A stretch of 58,213 nucleotides of DNA from an uncultured Candidatus Cloacimonadota bacterium (GCA_964427765.1 CAYRVG010000140.1:1-58213), one strand, 5' to 3'. Positions 19,163 through 30,011 are shown, counted from the stretch's first letter. The notes: generated by a model not told the origin, from the sequence alone. Made by a program: numbers and translations.

Positions 19163-20740
19163 ATGAAACCCTCTACTTTTTTTCTATCTGTCTTACTGCT
19201 TTGCCTGATCACGGCAGGAGGCCTGCGGGCCCAGTGTATCCTGGCCAATCCCAGCTTTGAGGTTTCCGGTTCCGGAGGAGCTGTGTTTGCCGGCTGGGAC
19301 CAGTTTGGGACAACCGGATCTGTCACTCTGGCTTTTCATGGCTCAGCCGCGGCCAGGGTCAGTGGGCAGAACACTGGCTCCGTGAATGAATCAGGCTATT
19401 GGCAGCAGCTCGATTGCGAGGTTGGCCAGCAGTGGCGGATCGCCGGTCATGTTTTTAATCCCGCCGCCGCGCCTTTAACCTGTGATTCCGGAGCGCGGAT
19501 CAAGGTGGAATGGTTTGGCGCGGGGGGCGGATTGATCGATCTTGCCTCTTATTCCGTGGCTGATGCCTCCTCGCCCCCGGATCAGTATCTTGCCTTCGCC
19601 CTCCTCAGCCCTCCCGCTCCGGCCGGAACGGCTTCCCTGCGCCTGGTGCTCACGGTACTCCAGGGCCAGAACGCGCCCGCAACGGATCTGTATTACGATC
19701 AGATCACCTGTTACAGCACCACCTATCCCACCATCGACGACGTTCAATGGGACGACTTTCCCAGCGGCCGCACCCTGGAATTTTCCAACCGTGTCTGGCG
19801 GGTGAAAGGCTCCGGCTGGTATGGCCCCGGTCCCAACAACTTCAGCCACCTGCCCCAAAGCGTCTGGGTGGATGCTGAAGACCACCTCCATTTGACCATC
19901 AAACAGATCGATGGTACCTGGTACAGCACGGAAGTGACCCTGGCGGACACCCTCGGTTATGGCGATTACATTTTCACCACCCTCGGTTCCCTGGACCAGC
20001 TGCACATTCGCGCCGTCCTGGGCCTCTTCCTCTGGCAATATTCCACCTGCTGGGATCCCGGCAATCCCTGGTGGAACCCCTACAATGAGATCGATATCGA
20101 ATTCAGCCGCTGGGGAACAGTGGGCAACCAGATCGGCCAGTTCGTGGCCCAACCCTGGGACTGGCCGGGAAACATCACCCGGTTTGACGCGGTATTCGGC
20201 GCGGAACAGCTCTCCAGCCATGCCTTCAAATGGTTGGGCGACCGGGTGGAATTTCGCAGCTGGTATGGCGGGCACCAGGATGAAACTCCGGCAAATATGA
20301 TCAGCGAATGGATCTACCAAGGTCCCCATATACCCCGCCCCGAGCAGCCCAGGGTGCACCTGAACCTCTGGTACGCCGGCTCTCCGCCGGACACAGACCA
20401 GGAGGCCATCCTCACGGCCTTCACCTTTGTTCCGGCAGGTGAAGGCACCGATACCCAGGATCAGGCTTCAGTCACGATCCCGCTGGAATTGCGCCAAAAT
20501 TTTCCCAATCCCTTTAATCCCCGGACCTGCATCAGCTATGACCTTCCCAGGTCGGGGCACGTCCGGCTGGACATCTTCGACCTCCGGGGCAGGAAGGTTG
20601 CCACCCTGGCGAACGAGGCCAAACAGGCCGGCAGACACTTTTTGGAATGGGATGCCCGTGGCCAGGCCAGTGGCATCTATTTCTACCGCATCAGTTCAGA
20701 AGGAAGATCTGTCACCCGTAAGATGCTGCTGCTGAAATAA
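19163..20740 (+). CDS. Secreted protein: CBM4/9-like domain, GH16-like domain and CTD
   Basis: ATG 19163 after GGGGAG; NPSFE..YYDQI module; EIDIEFSRWG (EXDXE); NFPNPFNP...KMLLLK. Confidence 0.75.
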   Translation: MKPSTFFLSVLLLCLITAGGLRAQCILANPSFEVSGSGGAVFAGWDQFGTTGSVTLAFHGSAAARVSGQNTGSVNESGYWQQLDCEVGQQWRIAGHVFNPAAAPLTCDSGARIKVEWFGAGGGLIDLASYSVADASSPPDQYLAFALLSPPAPAGTASLRLVLTVLQGQNAPATDLYYDQITCYSTTYPTIDDVQWDDFPSGRTLEFSNRVWRVKGSGWYGPGPNNFSHLPQSVWVDAEDHLHLTIKQIDGTWYSTEVTLADTLGYGDYIFTTLGSLDQLHIRAVLGLFLWQYSTCWDPGNPWWNPYNEIDIEFSRWGTVGNQIGQFVAQPWDWPGNITRFDAVFGAEQLSSHAFKWLGDRVEFRSWYGGHQDETPANMISEWIYQGPHIPRPEQPRVHLNLWYAGSPPDTDQEAILTAFTFVPAGEGTDTQDQASVTIPLELRQNFPNPFNPRTCISYDLPRSGHVRLDIFDLRGRKVATLANEAKQAGRHFLEWDARGQASGIYFYRISSEGRSVTRKMLLLK

Positions 20741-20817
20741 GAGTTTCAATTTACATCACAACCCACCCCCAACAGCCTTTCCAAGAAAGGTATTTGAGCG
20801 GCTGAGGACAGCCCAAA

Positions 20818-23800
20818 TTACTTGATGATGACGAACTTGCCCACCTTCGCCCTGCCGTTTGCCCTGTTTTCCACCGCGTAAAGATACACTCCGGGGGCAA
20901 TGATCTGCCTATGCCTGGAGAGCAGGTCCCAATCGTGCATTCCGCTGGAGGCAAGGCCGCTTGTGGCGGCCTTGGAGATGGTGAGGATGTCCGCCTGGTA
21001 AGCCCCGTCGTGCTCGATCTCTTTCACCAGGTCGCCGGCCAGGGTGTAGATCCGGATCACGCACCGTTCGGGCAGGTTCACGAACCACAGTCTGCGGCTC
21101 TTGTCGCCCTGGGAGTCATTTTCCCGGCGTCCGTCAAATTTGCTGCGCCCGAGATAGGGATTGGGTACCACATAGATCTTATCCATATTGGCTTGGGCGC
21201 CCGTTCCGGGGAAGAAGACCTGCATGTTGGCATCGGCATCGCGCCCGGTTTCCAGGGAACTGAGGTCGTTGGAGGGGATGCCGCGGTCATAGGCAGTCAC
21301 GGCGACGTAATATTCGATCCCCTTGCGCGGATAATGGATACAAGAGCTGTAATAGCGGCGGGCAAGGCGCTTTTGCCTCAATTTCAGCAGGGCTTCGGGG
21401 TCTTCTAGGTAAAACTGCCCGCCATGCCCAGGCAGGGGGATCAGCTTCGTGTCATAAAGGGCGTCAAATATCTCGGGACGCAGCTCTTCATGGCAAAAGA
21501 TCCTTGCCTGCAGGCGCAGGATCTCTTCATCCGGCAGTCCGGAATGGGCGTCCGCAATGGCCTGGGCCTCGGTCAAAACATCCGGGCCGTAATCCTGGGA
21601 GGCGGAGTAGATGGGAAAGCCATAAAATGAATCCGGCGGATTGGGGGCCAGATCGTAATTTTCATCCAGGACATAAAAAGAGGAGTATTGCGAAGTTGCC
21701 GGCCAGGCATTGGGATTGGGGAGGCCTTTGTCCACGCCCAGATATCCGCCAAAATCAAGGTACAGGGAATCCGCATGGGGGTTATCGGAATTGACCTGAT
21801 AATCGGCCAGGTCTAGCGGGGTCTCGATCCTGTCCCATTTTTCCACCAGGGTCCATTCCTCCTGCGAGCCGCTTCCGCTGCGGCCCCAGATGGTGTAGCC
21901 CTGGAAATCGTGGCGCAGGCGGTGGGCGGTGAAAGGATTGACAAGGGCATTCATATTGTATAGCTCAGGATCCCCGGGCGGCTGGAACACGGGCGGGAAA
22001 TCACTCCAATCCACAAAGGTGGGGTCGCTGTCCAGTTGGGGTAGGAAGAAGGGGTGGGAGGGATCCTGCCAACCGATGATGGCCCTGCTAACGGTCTTGG
22101 GATCGTGGGAAAACTCGCTGCGGTTGTCCCAATATAGGTCGATCCGACTGCCGTCCGGCTGCATTTCAGCGAAAAGATGCGGAATTTCGGGGGGCTCGGG
22201 TGGATCGTAATGGGGAAAGGTGTCCGGCAGCACCACATTCACCAGGGTCTGGGCTTCGCCATAGATATCTTTCGCCCAGCGCGCCGTGCGTTTCAGCTCC
22301 TCCATGTCATCCCCCGGAAAAACCGCCACGACGATCTTCATCGTGCTTCCCGGAGCGAGGTTCCAGCGCTTGTAATAGACCCCGTCCTGCATCTCGTCGT
22401 ATTCCGCGGTCCCCGGCTGCGCGCCATAGAAAGCGAACAGGAAACGGGTGTCATTTGGAGACGGCTGCACATATTCCATCAGGTCATCCTGCTCCGGGCG
22501 CAGGGGTAAAAACCTGGATTCATCAGGATTCCGCCCGGTCAGCAGCCAGTATTTTTCGTTGGCGGTCCGTCGCGGGGCAAAATTGAAGGACAGAGGATCG
22601 TTGTCAAACGGACCGTCACCCCCCTGCCAATACCAGCAATGGAAACGGAGTTGTTCGGGATCGGGGGTGCAGACCCTGGCGCCAACTATTCCGGGGGTCA
22701 GCCCGCCGTCGCCGTCAAGATCGCGGGTATAGGCAAATTCGTAGTTTTCACCTTTCACATAGCCGGAAACGTCATCCAGGACCTTATCACTTCCCCAGCT
22801 CTGGGGACCGCAGTCGCAATCCATATAGATCCCCATGGTGCAGTCATACAGGGTGTCCTGGGTGGAAATGTTCATGTTGGTGACGTCAAATTCCACATAG
22901 ACCATGTTCTTGATGTAATCATAGCTCCATTGGTAGGACATCTGCCGGGTGAGCACATTAAGGGGGAAATGGCGGCTCATGCTCCTATTGACGCCCAGAT
23001 CCCGGTCACCGGGAGTTCCGAACGGGCAGTAATCATAATAGTAGGAGATGAAATCCTGCTCGGAAACGGGGGCTCCGTCCTCGTCCACCAGCCCGTCCCC
23101 GTCATCGTCATGCGGGACCGAGAAGGCAAAATTGTTGAAACTGCGGTCCGAAAGGTCCATGAACCCGAGCGGGAACCAGATCTCGGAATTATAACCCTCC
23201 TCGATGACAGGAAAGTTGTTGGTCTGGGCAATAAACTGTCCCCCAAATGATTGGAACTGGGCGGGTAGCTCCTGTGCCCGCCGCAGGGGAAAGGTGTAGC
23301 CAACGAAATCCTCGTCCACAATGCCATCGCCGTCATCATCTTCAGCGCGTTTCTGGTGGCGGGTGCTGGCGGTGATGATCCTGTCGATCCCGTTCCAGGT
23401 TTGATAGAGGTCCGTGGCATCCGGATTTCCGGCCACCAGCGGATTGTAGGCCGGCAATAACTCATAGACCCCCATATCGCCATCAAAACCAACCGTAACC
23501 AGGGTATCGACCACCGGCTTCATCCAGGGCTGCCAGTCCGCGGTGCCCTCGGCCACGGTCTGGATGCTGTCTGCGCTGGGGTGGAGCGCCATCCAGTAAA
23601 GTTTCCGGCCGGCTGCGTCACGCCGGTATTTTCTGGCTCCAAACCAAAGCGAACCGCGAAACAGATAATCGATCCCGCTGCCGCCGGGGTATTCCAAAGA
23701 GGGATAGCGTGGCAGGGCTTCCGAGCCGGAACCGAAAAATCCGTAGTTGCTCACGCGCAGCCAGATATTCCCCACATTGTGGTATAGTGATTGATCCAGC

Positions 23801-23925
23801 CGCTTTGTCCCTTGGGACTCATTGTTGTCCGCCGCGGGCAGATAACCCGCCAGCCCTGCCAACAGCAATGCCACCAATATCACGCGCGTTTTCCTCTTCA
23901 TCAGGTGCTTACGCTCCTCGTTCAT
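20818..23925 (-). CDS. Large secreted hypothetical protein with a variant CTD (start may be 23901)
   Basis: Signal peptide; SNYGFFG, EYPGGSG, two DDDGDGxxDED Ca-binding-like motifs; C-terminal YVVPNPY..IRIYTLAGDLV..GKFVIIK. Confidence 0.8.
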   Translation of the reverse strand: MNEERKHLMKRKTRVILVALLLAGLAGYLPAADNNESQGTKRLDQSLYHNVGNIWLRVSNYGFFGSGSEALPRYPSLEYPGGSGIDYLFRGSLWFGARKYRRDAAGRKLYWMALHPSADSIQTVAEGTADWQPWMKPVVDTLVTVGFDGDMGVYELLPAYNPLVAGNPDATDLYQTWNGIDRIITASTRHQKRAEDDDGDGIVDEDFVGYTFPLRRAQELPAQFQSFGGQFIAQTNNFPVIEEGYNSEIWFPLGFMDLSDRSFNNFAFSVPHDDDGDGLVDEDGAPVSEQDFISYYYDYCPFGTPGDRDLGVNRSMSRHFPLNVLTRQMSYQWSYDYIKNMVYVEFDVTNMNISTQDTLYDCTMGIYMDCDCGPQSWGSDKVLDDVSGYVKGENYEFAYTRDLDGDGGLTPGIVGARVCTPDPEQLRFHCWYWQGGDGPFDNDPLSFNFAPRRTANEKYWLLTGRNPDESRFLPLRPEQDDLMEYVQPSPNDTRFLFAFYGAQPGTAEYDEMQDGVYYKRWNLAPGSTMKIVVAVFPGDDMEELKRTARWAKDIYGEAQTLVNVVLPDTFPHYDPPEPPEIPHLFAEMQPDGSRIDLYWDNRSEFSHDPKTVSRAIIGWQDPSHPFFLPQLDSDPTFVDWSDFPPVFQPPGDPELYNMNALVNPFTAHRLRHDFQGYTIWGRSGSGSQEEWTLVEKWDRIETPLDLADYQVNSDNPHADSLYLDFGGYLGVDKGLPNPNAWPATSQYSSFYVLDENYDLAPNPPDSFYGFPIYSASQDYGPDVLTEAQAIADAHSGLPDEEILRLQARIFCHEELRPEIFDALYDTKLIPLPGHGGQFYLEDPEALLKLRQKRLARRYYSSCIHYPRKGIEYYVAVTAYDRGIPSNDLSSLETGRDADANMQVFFPGTGAQANMDKIYVVPNPYLGRSKFDGRRENDSQGDKSRRLWFVNLPERCVIRIYTLAGDLVKEIEHDGAYQADILTISKAATSGLASSGMHDWDLLSRHRQIIAPGVYLYAVENRANGRAKVGKFVIIK

Positions 23926-24335
23926 TTGAGCATGCCAGTATTGTTACCGTGTTTACAATCTGACTCCCCAGCAATAAAGTGAATCTTTGCCTGCCAGGCT
24001 TTAGCTGTCAAGGTTTATCTCAAGGGATCACAAGAATCAAGCGGTCGGTTGCAGCGTGCTCTTTGCTGAGATTTTTGCTGATGTGAATCAAGGATGCACG
24101 GAAGAGCTGAAAATACAACATACAGCAAACAGGAGGGGTGTGTAAATATAAAAACACCAAACCTGGCAAACGGGGCCGTTTGCCGTTCCTCTATATGTGT
24201 CGCCCCTGAGGGGGCTGGTCTGAGTCAATTATTTATCGTCCGATCTGTCCGGTCCGTTAAATTAGTATTGAAATTCTTTTTAATCTGCGAATTCCTTCGC
24301 CGCGCTGGGCAATTTTGGCCAGATACCACAAAGTT

Positions 24336-24363
24336 AAAGCCCCGGTTTCGCAACCGGGGCTTT
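24336..24363 (-). terminator. Rho-independent terminator of the 24427-30372 operon
   Basis: AAAGCCCCGGTT-TCGC-AACCGGGGCTTT. Confidence 0.7.
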
Positions 24364-24426
24364 CTAGCATTTTTCTTTCATCCTTTGGCTTAAGGAGAAA
24401 GCCACCAGATGACGGGAAGAGGAACT

Positions 24427-27400
24427 TTACTTTTGCATGACCATCTTACGGGTTTTGGTGCCATCCTCGCTTTGCAGACGCAAGTAGTAGATCCCACCTG
24501 CAACAGCACGGTTGTTATCATCCAATCCGTTCCAGACGACACTATGTTCGCCGGCAGGTAGAGAGCCATCGAACAGACACTTCACCAACTGACCTTTCAC
24601 ATTGTAGATCATCAGCTTGAGGGTGGATGATTTTGGCATACTGAAGCTGATTGTTGTGGTCGGGTTGAAAGGATTGGGATAGTTTTGATTCAGGTTCAAG
24701 GTCGGCTGCGTGATGGGATCGTCGTTCCCGCTGGGCACCAAGACTATCGTATTGCTGGGCTCGGAGATTCCCATGTCATATTCAGCCAGAATATAGTAGC
24801 TGAGGTTGGAGCTATTGGACCAAGGATCGCAGAAATACTGGTCATATTCGCTAATGACGCCGATCAGGGAGTTATTTCTGACAACGTGATAGGCAGTGAG
24901 ATCGGGATACAGGCCGCGACCCACCGGGATTATCACGCTTGGCTCGCTGAATTTAAGGCGGAATTTCCAGTTTTGAGCGATGCCGCAGGCATTCTGCAGA
25001 TCGCTCCAGGTTCCATCCAGATTGATCATATTGGCCCCGTCTGCACCTTCGGAAGCGTCATCCAGCATCAAGCCCCCTTCGCTGCTGATCTCAAAGCGAT
25101 AGGAAGCATATGGCGCATAGACCTGGATGCCCCAACTTGTGATCTTGTTCCATTCATGAGGAACGGGATCGGAAACCACGATCTCGTTAACCATGTATTC
25201 CTCTGGTTCGGTGGTATTGTAGATCTTGATCGTGTAGGGCACATCTGAGACTGGGAAAAAGGCCAGTTCAACGAATTCTTTGTCCATCGCCGGGATCAAT
25301 TCGCCGGCAAAGAAACTGATTCCTGCCGAGAAAAGGGCATCCGGTATGTAAGGCTGTGAAGTTCCGGGAGAGTCTTTACCCAGGATAATTTTGCCATCGT
25401 TGGGACGGTTCCAGCTAAGCTTAACGTTAACGGGATCAATCGTGCCGGACAGATCCGTGGGTGGATGCAGGACCGGCGGCCCTGCCACGACGTCGTATTG
25501 CATGCTCCAGGCGATACCCTGCTCATAAACTGCTGCCACCCGGTAAGAATAGATCTCGCCATGGACAACATCGGTATCAGTGTATTCCGGCACGGGGGGC
25601 AGATCGATGATGATCTCTGATTCGTCCGGATGCATCCGTTCGATTCTGTAGCTGACAAGATCCCGCCCCGGCGGCGGAGTCCAGCTCAATTGCACTCCTG
25701 CAGGGGTTCCCGCCGCGGAGATATCCCCGGGAGGAAGGAAGAGGCGGTAAACGTGGATCTCGCTGCTAGCGGAGCTGCCATCTTCATACAAAGCTTCCAG
25801 CTGATACTGCACTTCCTGGTCATTTTCACAGAGCAGATCGTGATAAACGGCCGTGAACAAGTTTTCACCAGCGGGAAAATCCGTATAAGTGTTTACTATC
25901 ATGGAGTTTCGCTTCAGGTTCAATTGCGCAAGACCGCTGTTGATGTGATATGCGTTGATCAGCAAGCTCACATATGGGGCATCATCCTCGGGGGCCATAT
26001 AGACCACATAGGGGATGCGGAGGGCTGCCACGTTAACCCGCACGGCATTGGTGATATTGCTTTCCCCGTCACTGTAGAGGGCAGTGGCATAATACAAATG
26101 CTCTCCCCAGGGTGGATTCTGGTCGTTAAAATAGGTGTCGGGCAGGGGATTTGGATTCAACAGCTGGTGATCACGGTACAGATTGTAGCCGATAAAGCTG
26201 CGTTCATCCCAAGGCTCCCATTCTTCTCCCAGAATGCGGATCATCGCCGCTTCTCCATTGGCTTCCTCCCAGATGTTTTCGCTGTCAAAACTGTAATAGG
26301 TCTGGGTATCATCCGTATCGGCCATACCGACGCTATGCATGTTTTGCGGTAGAAACTTCACTCCGGCATAGAAAGGAGTGGCGGGAGCTATATCCAACCA
26401 AAGGGGAAATTGCACCCATTCGGGGTAGCCAGCCACGTCTGGGATATAGGTGAAAACCTGCGCTTCATCGAATATCGGGGAGTTCAGATCCGGCTGTCCG
26501 TTTTGCTCAAAGAACCCCACGATCTCCACCTGAGTGGCGGACATTGATTTCAAGGCGATCTTAATCGCGCCCACGTTCATTTGCCAGGCGTTTTCAAAGC
26601 GCACCACCAGATACTCGCATTCGTTGATCATATAGGGATTGTAGAAGGATGCCGCGGGTGGATCATCATACCCAAGTTCCACTGCGCAATCCATAGGAGT
26701 TTCATTGACCCTGTTCCAGCCAATGTTCACGTAAGGGGCATCCGGGCCGTTGTGGACTGAGGCGTTCAGCCGATATGGATCCATCAGTGGGGTTTCCGGG
26801 CTCAGTACAAAGTTTTGGTTATAGGCAGTGTCTGAATTTATGCCAGTTATGGTGGCAACTGCGGGGTCATAACCAAATGCTTCCACGCTGAGGCTGCAAG
26901 TCTGGACCGCTTGAACGGACAACTGGTAATTTCCGCTGTAATCGGTGCGAGCATAATTTGTTCCATCGGATACCAGCGCCTGTACCAGGGGCTGCAAATC
27001 AGCGTCTGTGACCAAGCCCGTGATGGTGGCCGGTATCTGGTAATTCTGATCCCGGAGAATGATGTCGTCAAAACGCCAGAATATCAGATCGGAACTATCG
27101 GCCCCATACACCCGGAACCGAAACTGCAGCGTGTTGCTGCCCAGGCAGTTGTCGAGGTTGAAACTGTATTCGGATAATGGGGATCCCACGTCTCCGACCA
27201 TAGGATTGAGCTGGCTTAGGAGGTTCCAACCACCGCCGTTGACGCGATATTCGACAGATAATATTTCAGTGTCGCTGGGCTCGATCAGGATGCCCGAAAC
27301 CTTGAAATCAAGAAACAAGCCAGTGACCCCGGAGATGTCGAACTCTCTTGAGGTCAGGCTACTATCATAGTTTTCCAGTTGGGGATATCCGGCAAAGCGG

Positions 27401-27561
27401 AGCTCAGCTCCACCGATATTCAATATCTGCCAGTTGCTACTGTTGGATTCCAGGGTCCAGCCATTGCTCCAGAAACGTCCAGAGTCCCAACCTTCATGCA
27501 GATAAACCGCATTTAGGAGGCTAATGAACAGGACCAGGCAAATCAGGATATATTTTCTCAT
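24427..27561 (-). CDS. Secreted multidomain surface protein (adhesin-like, carboxypeptidase-regulatory-like, FN3 repeats, CTD)
   Basis: Signal peptide; GYNLYRD..YYATALY..GES FN3 patterns; NYPNPFNP...KMVMQK. Confidence 0.8.
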   Translation of the reverse strand: MRKYILICLVLFISLLNAVYLHEGWDSGRFWSNGWTLESNSSNWQILNIGGAELRFAGYPQLENYDSSLTSREFDISGVTGLFLDFKVSGILIEPSDTEILSVEYRVNGGGWNLLSQLNPMVGDVGSPLSEYSFNLDNCLGSNTLQFRFRVYGADSSDLIFWRFDDIILRDQNYQIPATITGLVTDADLQPLVQALVSDGTNYARTDYSGNYQLSVQAVQTCSLSVEAFGYDPAVATITGINSDTAYNQNFVLSPETPLMDPYRLNASVHNGPDAPYVNIGWNRVNETPMDCAVELGYDDPPAASFYNPYMINECEYLVVRFENAWQMNVGAIKIALKSMSATQVEIVGFFEQNGQPDLNSPIFDEAQVFTYIPDVAGYPEWVQFPLWLDIAPATPFYAGVKFLPQNMHSVGMADTDDTQTYYSFDSENIWEEANGEAAMIRILGEEWEPWDERSFIGYNLYRDHQLLNPNPLPDTYFNDQNPPWGEHLYYATALYSDGESNITNAVRVNVAALRIPYVVYMAPEDDAPYVSLLINAYHINSGLAQLNLKRNSMIVNTYTDFPAGENLFTAVYHDLLCENDQEVQYQLEALYEDGSSASSEIHVYRLFLPPGDISAAGTPAGVQLSWTPPPGRDLVSYRIERMHPDESEIIIDLPPVPEYTDTDVVHGEIYSYRVAAVYEQGIAWSMQYDVVAGPPVLHPPTDLSGTIDPVNVKLSWNRPNDGKIILGKDSPGTSQPYIPDALFSAGISFFAGELIPAMDKEFVELAFFPVSDVPYTIKIYNTTEPEEYMVNEIVVSDPVPHEWNKITSWGIQVYAPYASYRFEISSEGGLMLDDASEGADGANMINLDGTWSDLQNACGIAQNWKFRLKFSEPSVIIPVGRGLYPDLTAYHVVRNNSLIGVISEYDQYFCDPWSNSSNLSYYILAEYDMGISEPSNTIVLVPSGNDDPITQPTLNLNQNYPNPFNPTTTISFSMPKSSTLKLMIYNVKGQLVKCLFDGSLPAGEHSVVWNGLDDNNRAVAGGIYYLRLQSEDGTKTRKMVMQK

Positions 27562-27569
27562 GTTCTCTC

Positions 27570-30011
27570 CTATTTAACCAAGGTCATTTTATGGGATTGG
27601 AGGAAGGATTCGGTTTTGAATCTGACCAGGTAGATCCCGGTGCCGCATTCTGTACCGCTTTGATCCTTACCGTCCCAAACCAGTTGATGGGTTCCTTTGG
27701 CATAGTGCCTGCGGCCATAATTGCGCACCATCTGGCCGCGGGTGTTAAATATCCCCAGTTCGGCCGTCTCGCCTTTAATCATGTTGAAGGAGATAGTAGT
27801 GCTGGGGTTGAAGGGGTTGGGGTAGTTTTGAACCATTGAGACCGGCACCCCGATCTGTTCTTCGGGCACGTCTGAGTATCCATAGTTCAGGCAATACAAT
27901 CCGTTGCTAAAGGGATGCACCCACAATCTGCCCTGTTTGTCGGATTCGACCTTGGCGATGTGATCTGTAGGCAGAGGCGAATTGTCCCGCGTATAGGCAT
28001 AGTAATCGGAATCGGTATAGCGGATCAATCCCAGATCAAGAGTCCCCAGCCACAGCTCATTGTTTTCATCCACACTCATATCCAGGACATCGATGCCGTC
28101 AAGCGCCGTGATAAGCACCCAAGTTCCGTTCTCATAACGGGCGACACCACAGTTCGTACAAACTAGGAGAATCCCGGAATTGTCGAGCACGAAGTCGTTT
28201 GCCTGCCAGCCTGGAATGGCGGAGTTTCCGGGGTGGAAGTATTGCCATGACCAGGCATCAGGATCGCTGATATCGACCCGATATACACCCGCCACGGTGG
28301 CAACCCACACTATCGGCTGATCGTGCAGGGCGAGGATGTCCGTGATCGTGTTGGAATACAATCCCGGCTGGGTGTCCGTGTTCAGTATCGTCCATGAATT
28401 GCCGTCATAAACAGCCATACCTTCCGTGGTCGTACCGGCCCAGAGATTTCCGTGATAGTCTTCCTGAGCAAGCCCGGCATAGACGAAAGGATATCCGGTG
28501 TTGTCATAATCATATTTGATCCAGCCGTCAGCGGTCTTGCGGCAGATGCTGCCATACATGTCAAACATTGGCGCTGCGTCGCTGTTTGCGTCCCCGGTCG
28601 CGATCAGCAGGTCGCCCTGGGCGTCAAAGCTGATGTCGTTGACCACATAGTTTTGATAGTCACTGTAATTATAGGAGATCCACTCTTGATTTCTGTATTC
28701 CAGCATGGATAGTTTCTGGGGCACTTCACCCCAAAGATACCAGCCGCTGCCAAAGTAGGTGTTGCCAAAGGTATCGGCGGTAATATCCCAATAGCTGTTC
28801 AAACCTTTCATGGGTGAATTGACGTTCAACTGGGGCACCAAGTATTGTGAACCGTCATGGGCGATCAGGATATCGTCATACAAAGCCACCCACAATCTAT
28901 CCGTGGAATCCATGAATATGTTCTGCAGAAAATGGTCCGTCGCCAGATTTTCGGGATCGGCCAATACATCCCAGGTGTTGTTGTCATAGCGGATCACCTC
29001 ACCGATGATCGTGTTCACATAGATCCTGTCCAGAGAGTCAATTGCCACTTCCCAGTACATATTGCTCTGATCGGTGCTGATCTTGGTGAACACGTCGCCG
29101 TCGAACATAAACAGGCCGGTATCCACGCTGCCGGAAAGGCAGAACCACATGTTTCCCTGGCTATCCTCAAGGATATTTTTGATATACCATTCTTTAAGGG
29201 GTTCGGCAGGGTCGTCGGCTATTTGTGTGTTATAGGCTTCCCAGCCGCTTGCTGTAATATGCAAAAGCCCTCCTCCAACGTATGGATTGGGATCCACGTC
29301 TCCGCAAAAGGTGATCCAGAGAGTGTTATCACTGGCATGAGTGATCGACATCACCGTATTGGAGGGAAGGGAAGAGTTTTGCTTTGAATAATACTGCCAG
29401 TTTCCGGTGGCAGGATCATAGGAAGAAAGGCCTCCCTGGGACATGTTATTCATGCTATACCCGATCCATAGCTTTCCATCGGAGTCAAATTCCAGACAGG
29501 AGATGATGTTTGATTCAAGGGGAGCATCCTGATAATTCAGCGCACTCCAACTGCCGTCGGCATGCAGGATGCTGATCCCTCCACAACTGGGACCGTCTCC
29601 AATAAAAACGAGATGCGAAAACCAATAGTTTCCATAGGAATCTTTGGCGATGTCTGTCACAAAGTTTGAGTTCAAACCGCTATTGGCCGTATTGAGCACT
29701 TCTGTAATCATATTTACACGATCATATCTGTACACGCCAAAGGGGCTGCCAAACCATATATACTCGTTATCTTCATACATAGAAGAAAAGTTATAGGGAT
29801 TGGTATAGGCGGTCCATGAACCCTCGGGATCCGTCTTGACCGGAAGTGTGATCCCGCTTGAGGCTATACTGCTTGAATAATCCGGGCGAATTAATTCCCG
29901 GGGAATCCCCCCTTCCAAAACCGATGCAGCGAGGCAGATCTGGAAAGAGACCAGCATCAGCAGTATCAGATAACGGCGCAGGTGTATGTTTCCAAGTTTA
30001 GTGCGATACAT
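27570..30011 (-). CDS. Secreted beta-propeller (Reg_prop repeat) protein with CTD
   Basis: Repeated NSxLPSNxV..D..G.LW motifs; GGAGG RBS; NYPNPFNP...KMTLVK. Confidence 0.85.
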   Translation of the reverse strand: MYRTKLGNIHLRRYLILLMLVSFQICLAASVLEGGIPRELIRPDYSSSIASSGITLPVKTDPEGSWTAYTNPYNFSSMYEDNEYIWFGSPFGVYRYDRVNMITEVLNTANSGLNSNFVTDIAKDSYGNYWFSHLVFIGDGPSCGGISILHADGSWSALNYQDAPLESNIISCLEFDSDGKLWIGYSMNNMSQGGLSSYDPATGNWQYYSKQNSSLPSNTVMSITHASDNTLWITFCGDVDPNPYVGGGLLHITASGWEAYNTQIADDPAEPLKEWYIKNILEDSQGNMWFCLSGSVDTGLFMFDGDVFTKISTDQSNMYWEVAIDSLDRIYVNTIIGEVIRYDNNTWDVLADPENLATDHFLQNIFMDSTDRLWVALYDDILIAHDGSQYLVPQLNVNSPMKGLNSYWDITADTFGNTYFGSGWYLWGEVPQKLSMLEYRNQEWISYNYSDYQNYVVNDISFDAQGDLLIATGDANSDAAPMFDMYGSICRKTADGWIKYDYDNTGYPFVYAGLAQEDYHGNLWAGTTTEGMAVYDGNSWTILNTDTQPGLYSNTITDILALHDQPIVWVATVAGVYRVDISDPDAWSWQYFHPGNSAIPGWQANDFVLDNSGILLVCTNCGVARYENGTWVLITALDGIDVLDMSVDENNELWLGTLDLGLIRYTDSDYYAYTRDNSPLPTDHIAKVESDKQGRLWVHPFSNGLYCLNYGYSDVPEEQIGVPVSMVQNYPNPFNPSTTISFNMIKGETAELGIFNTRGQMVRNYGRRHYAKGTHQLVWDGKDQSGTECGTGIYLVRFKTESFLQSHKMTLVK

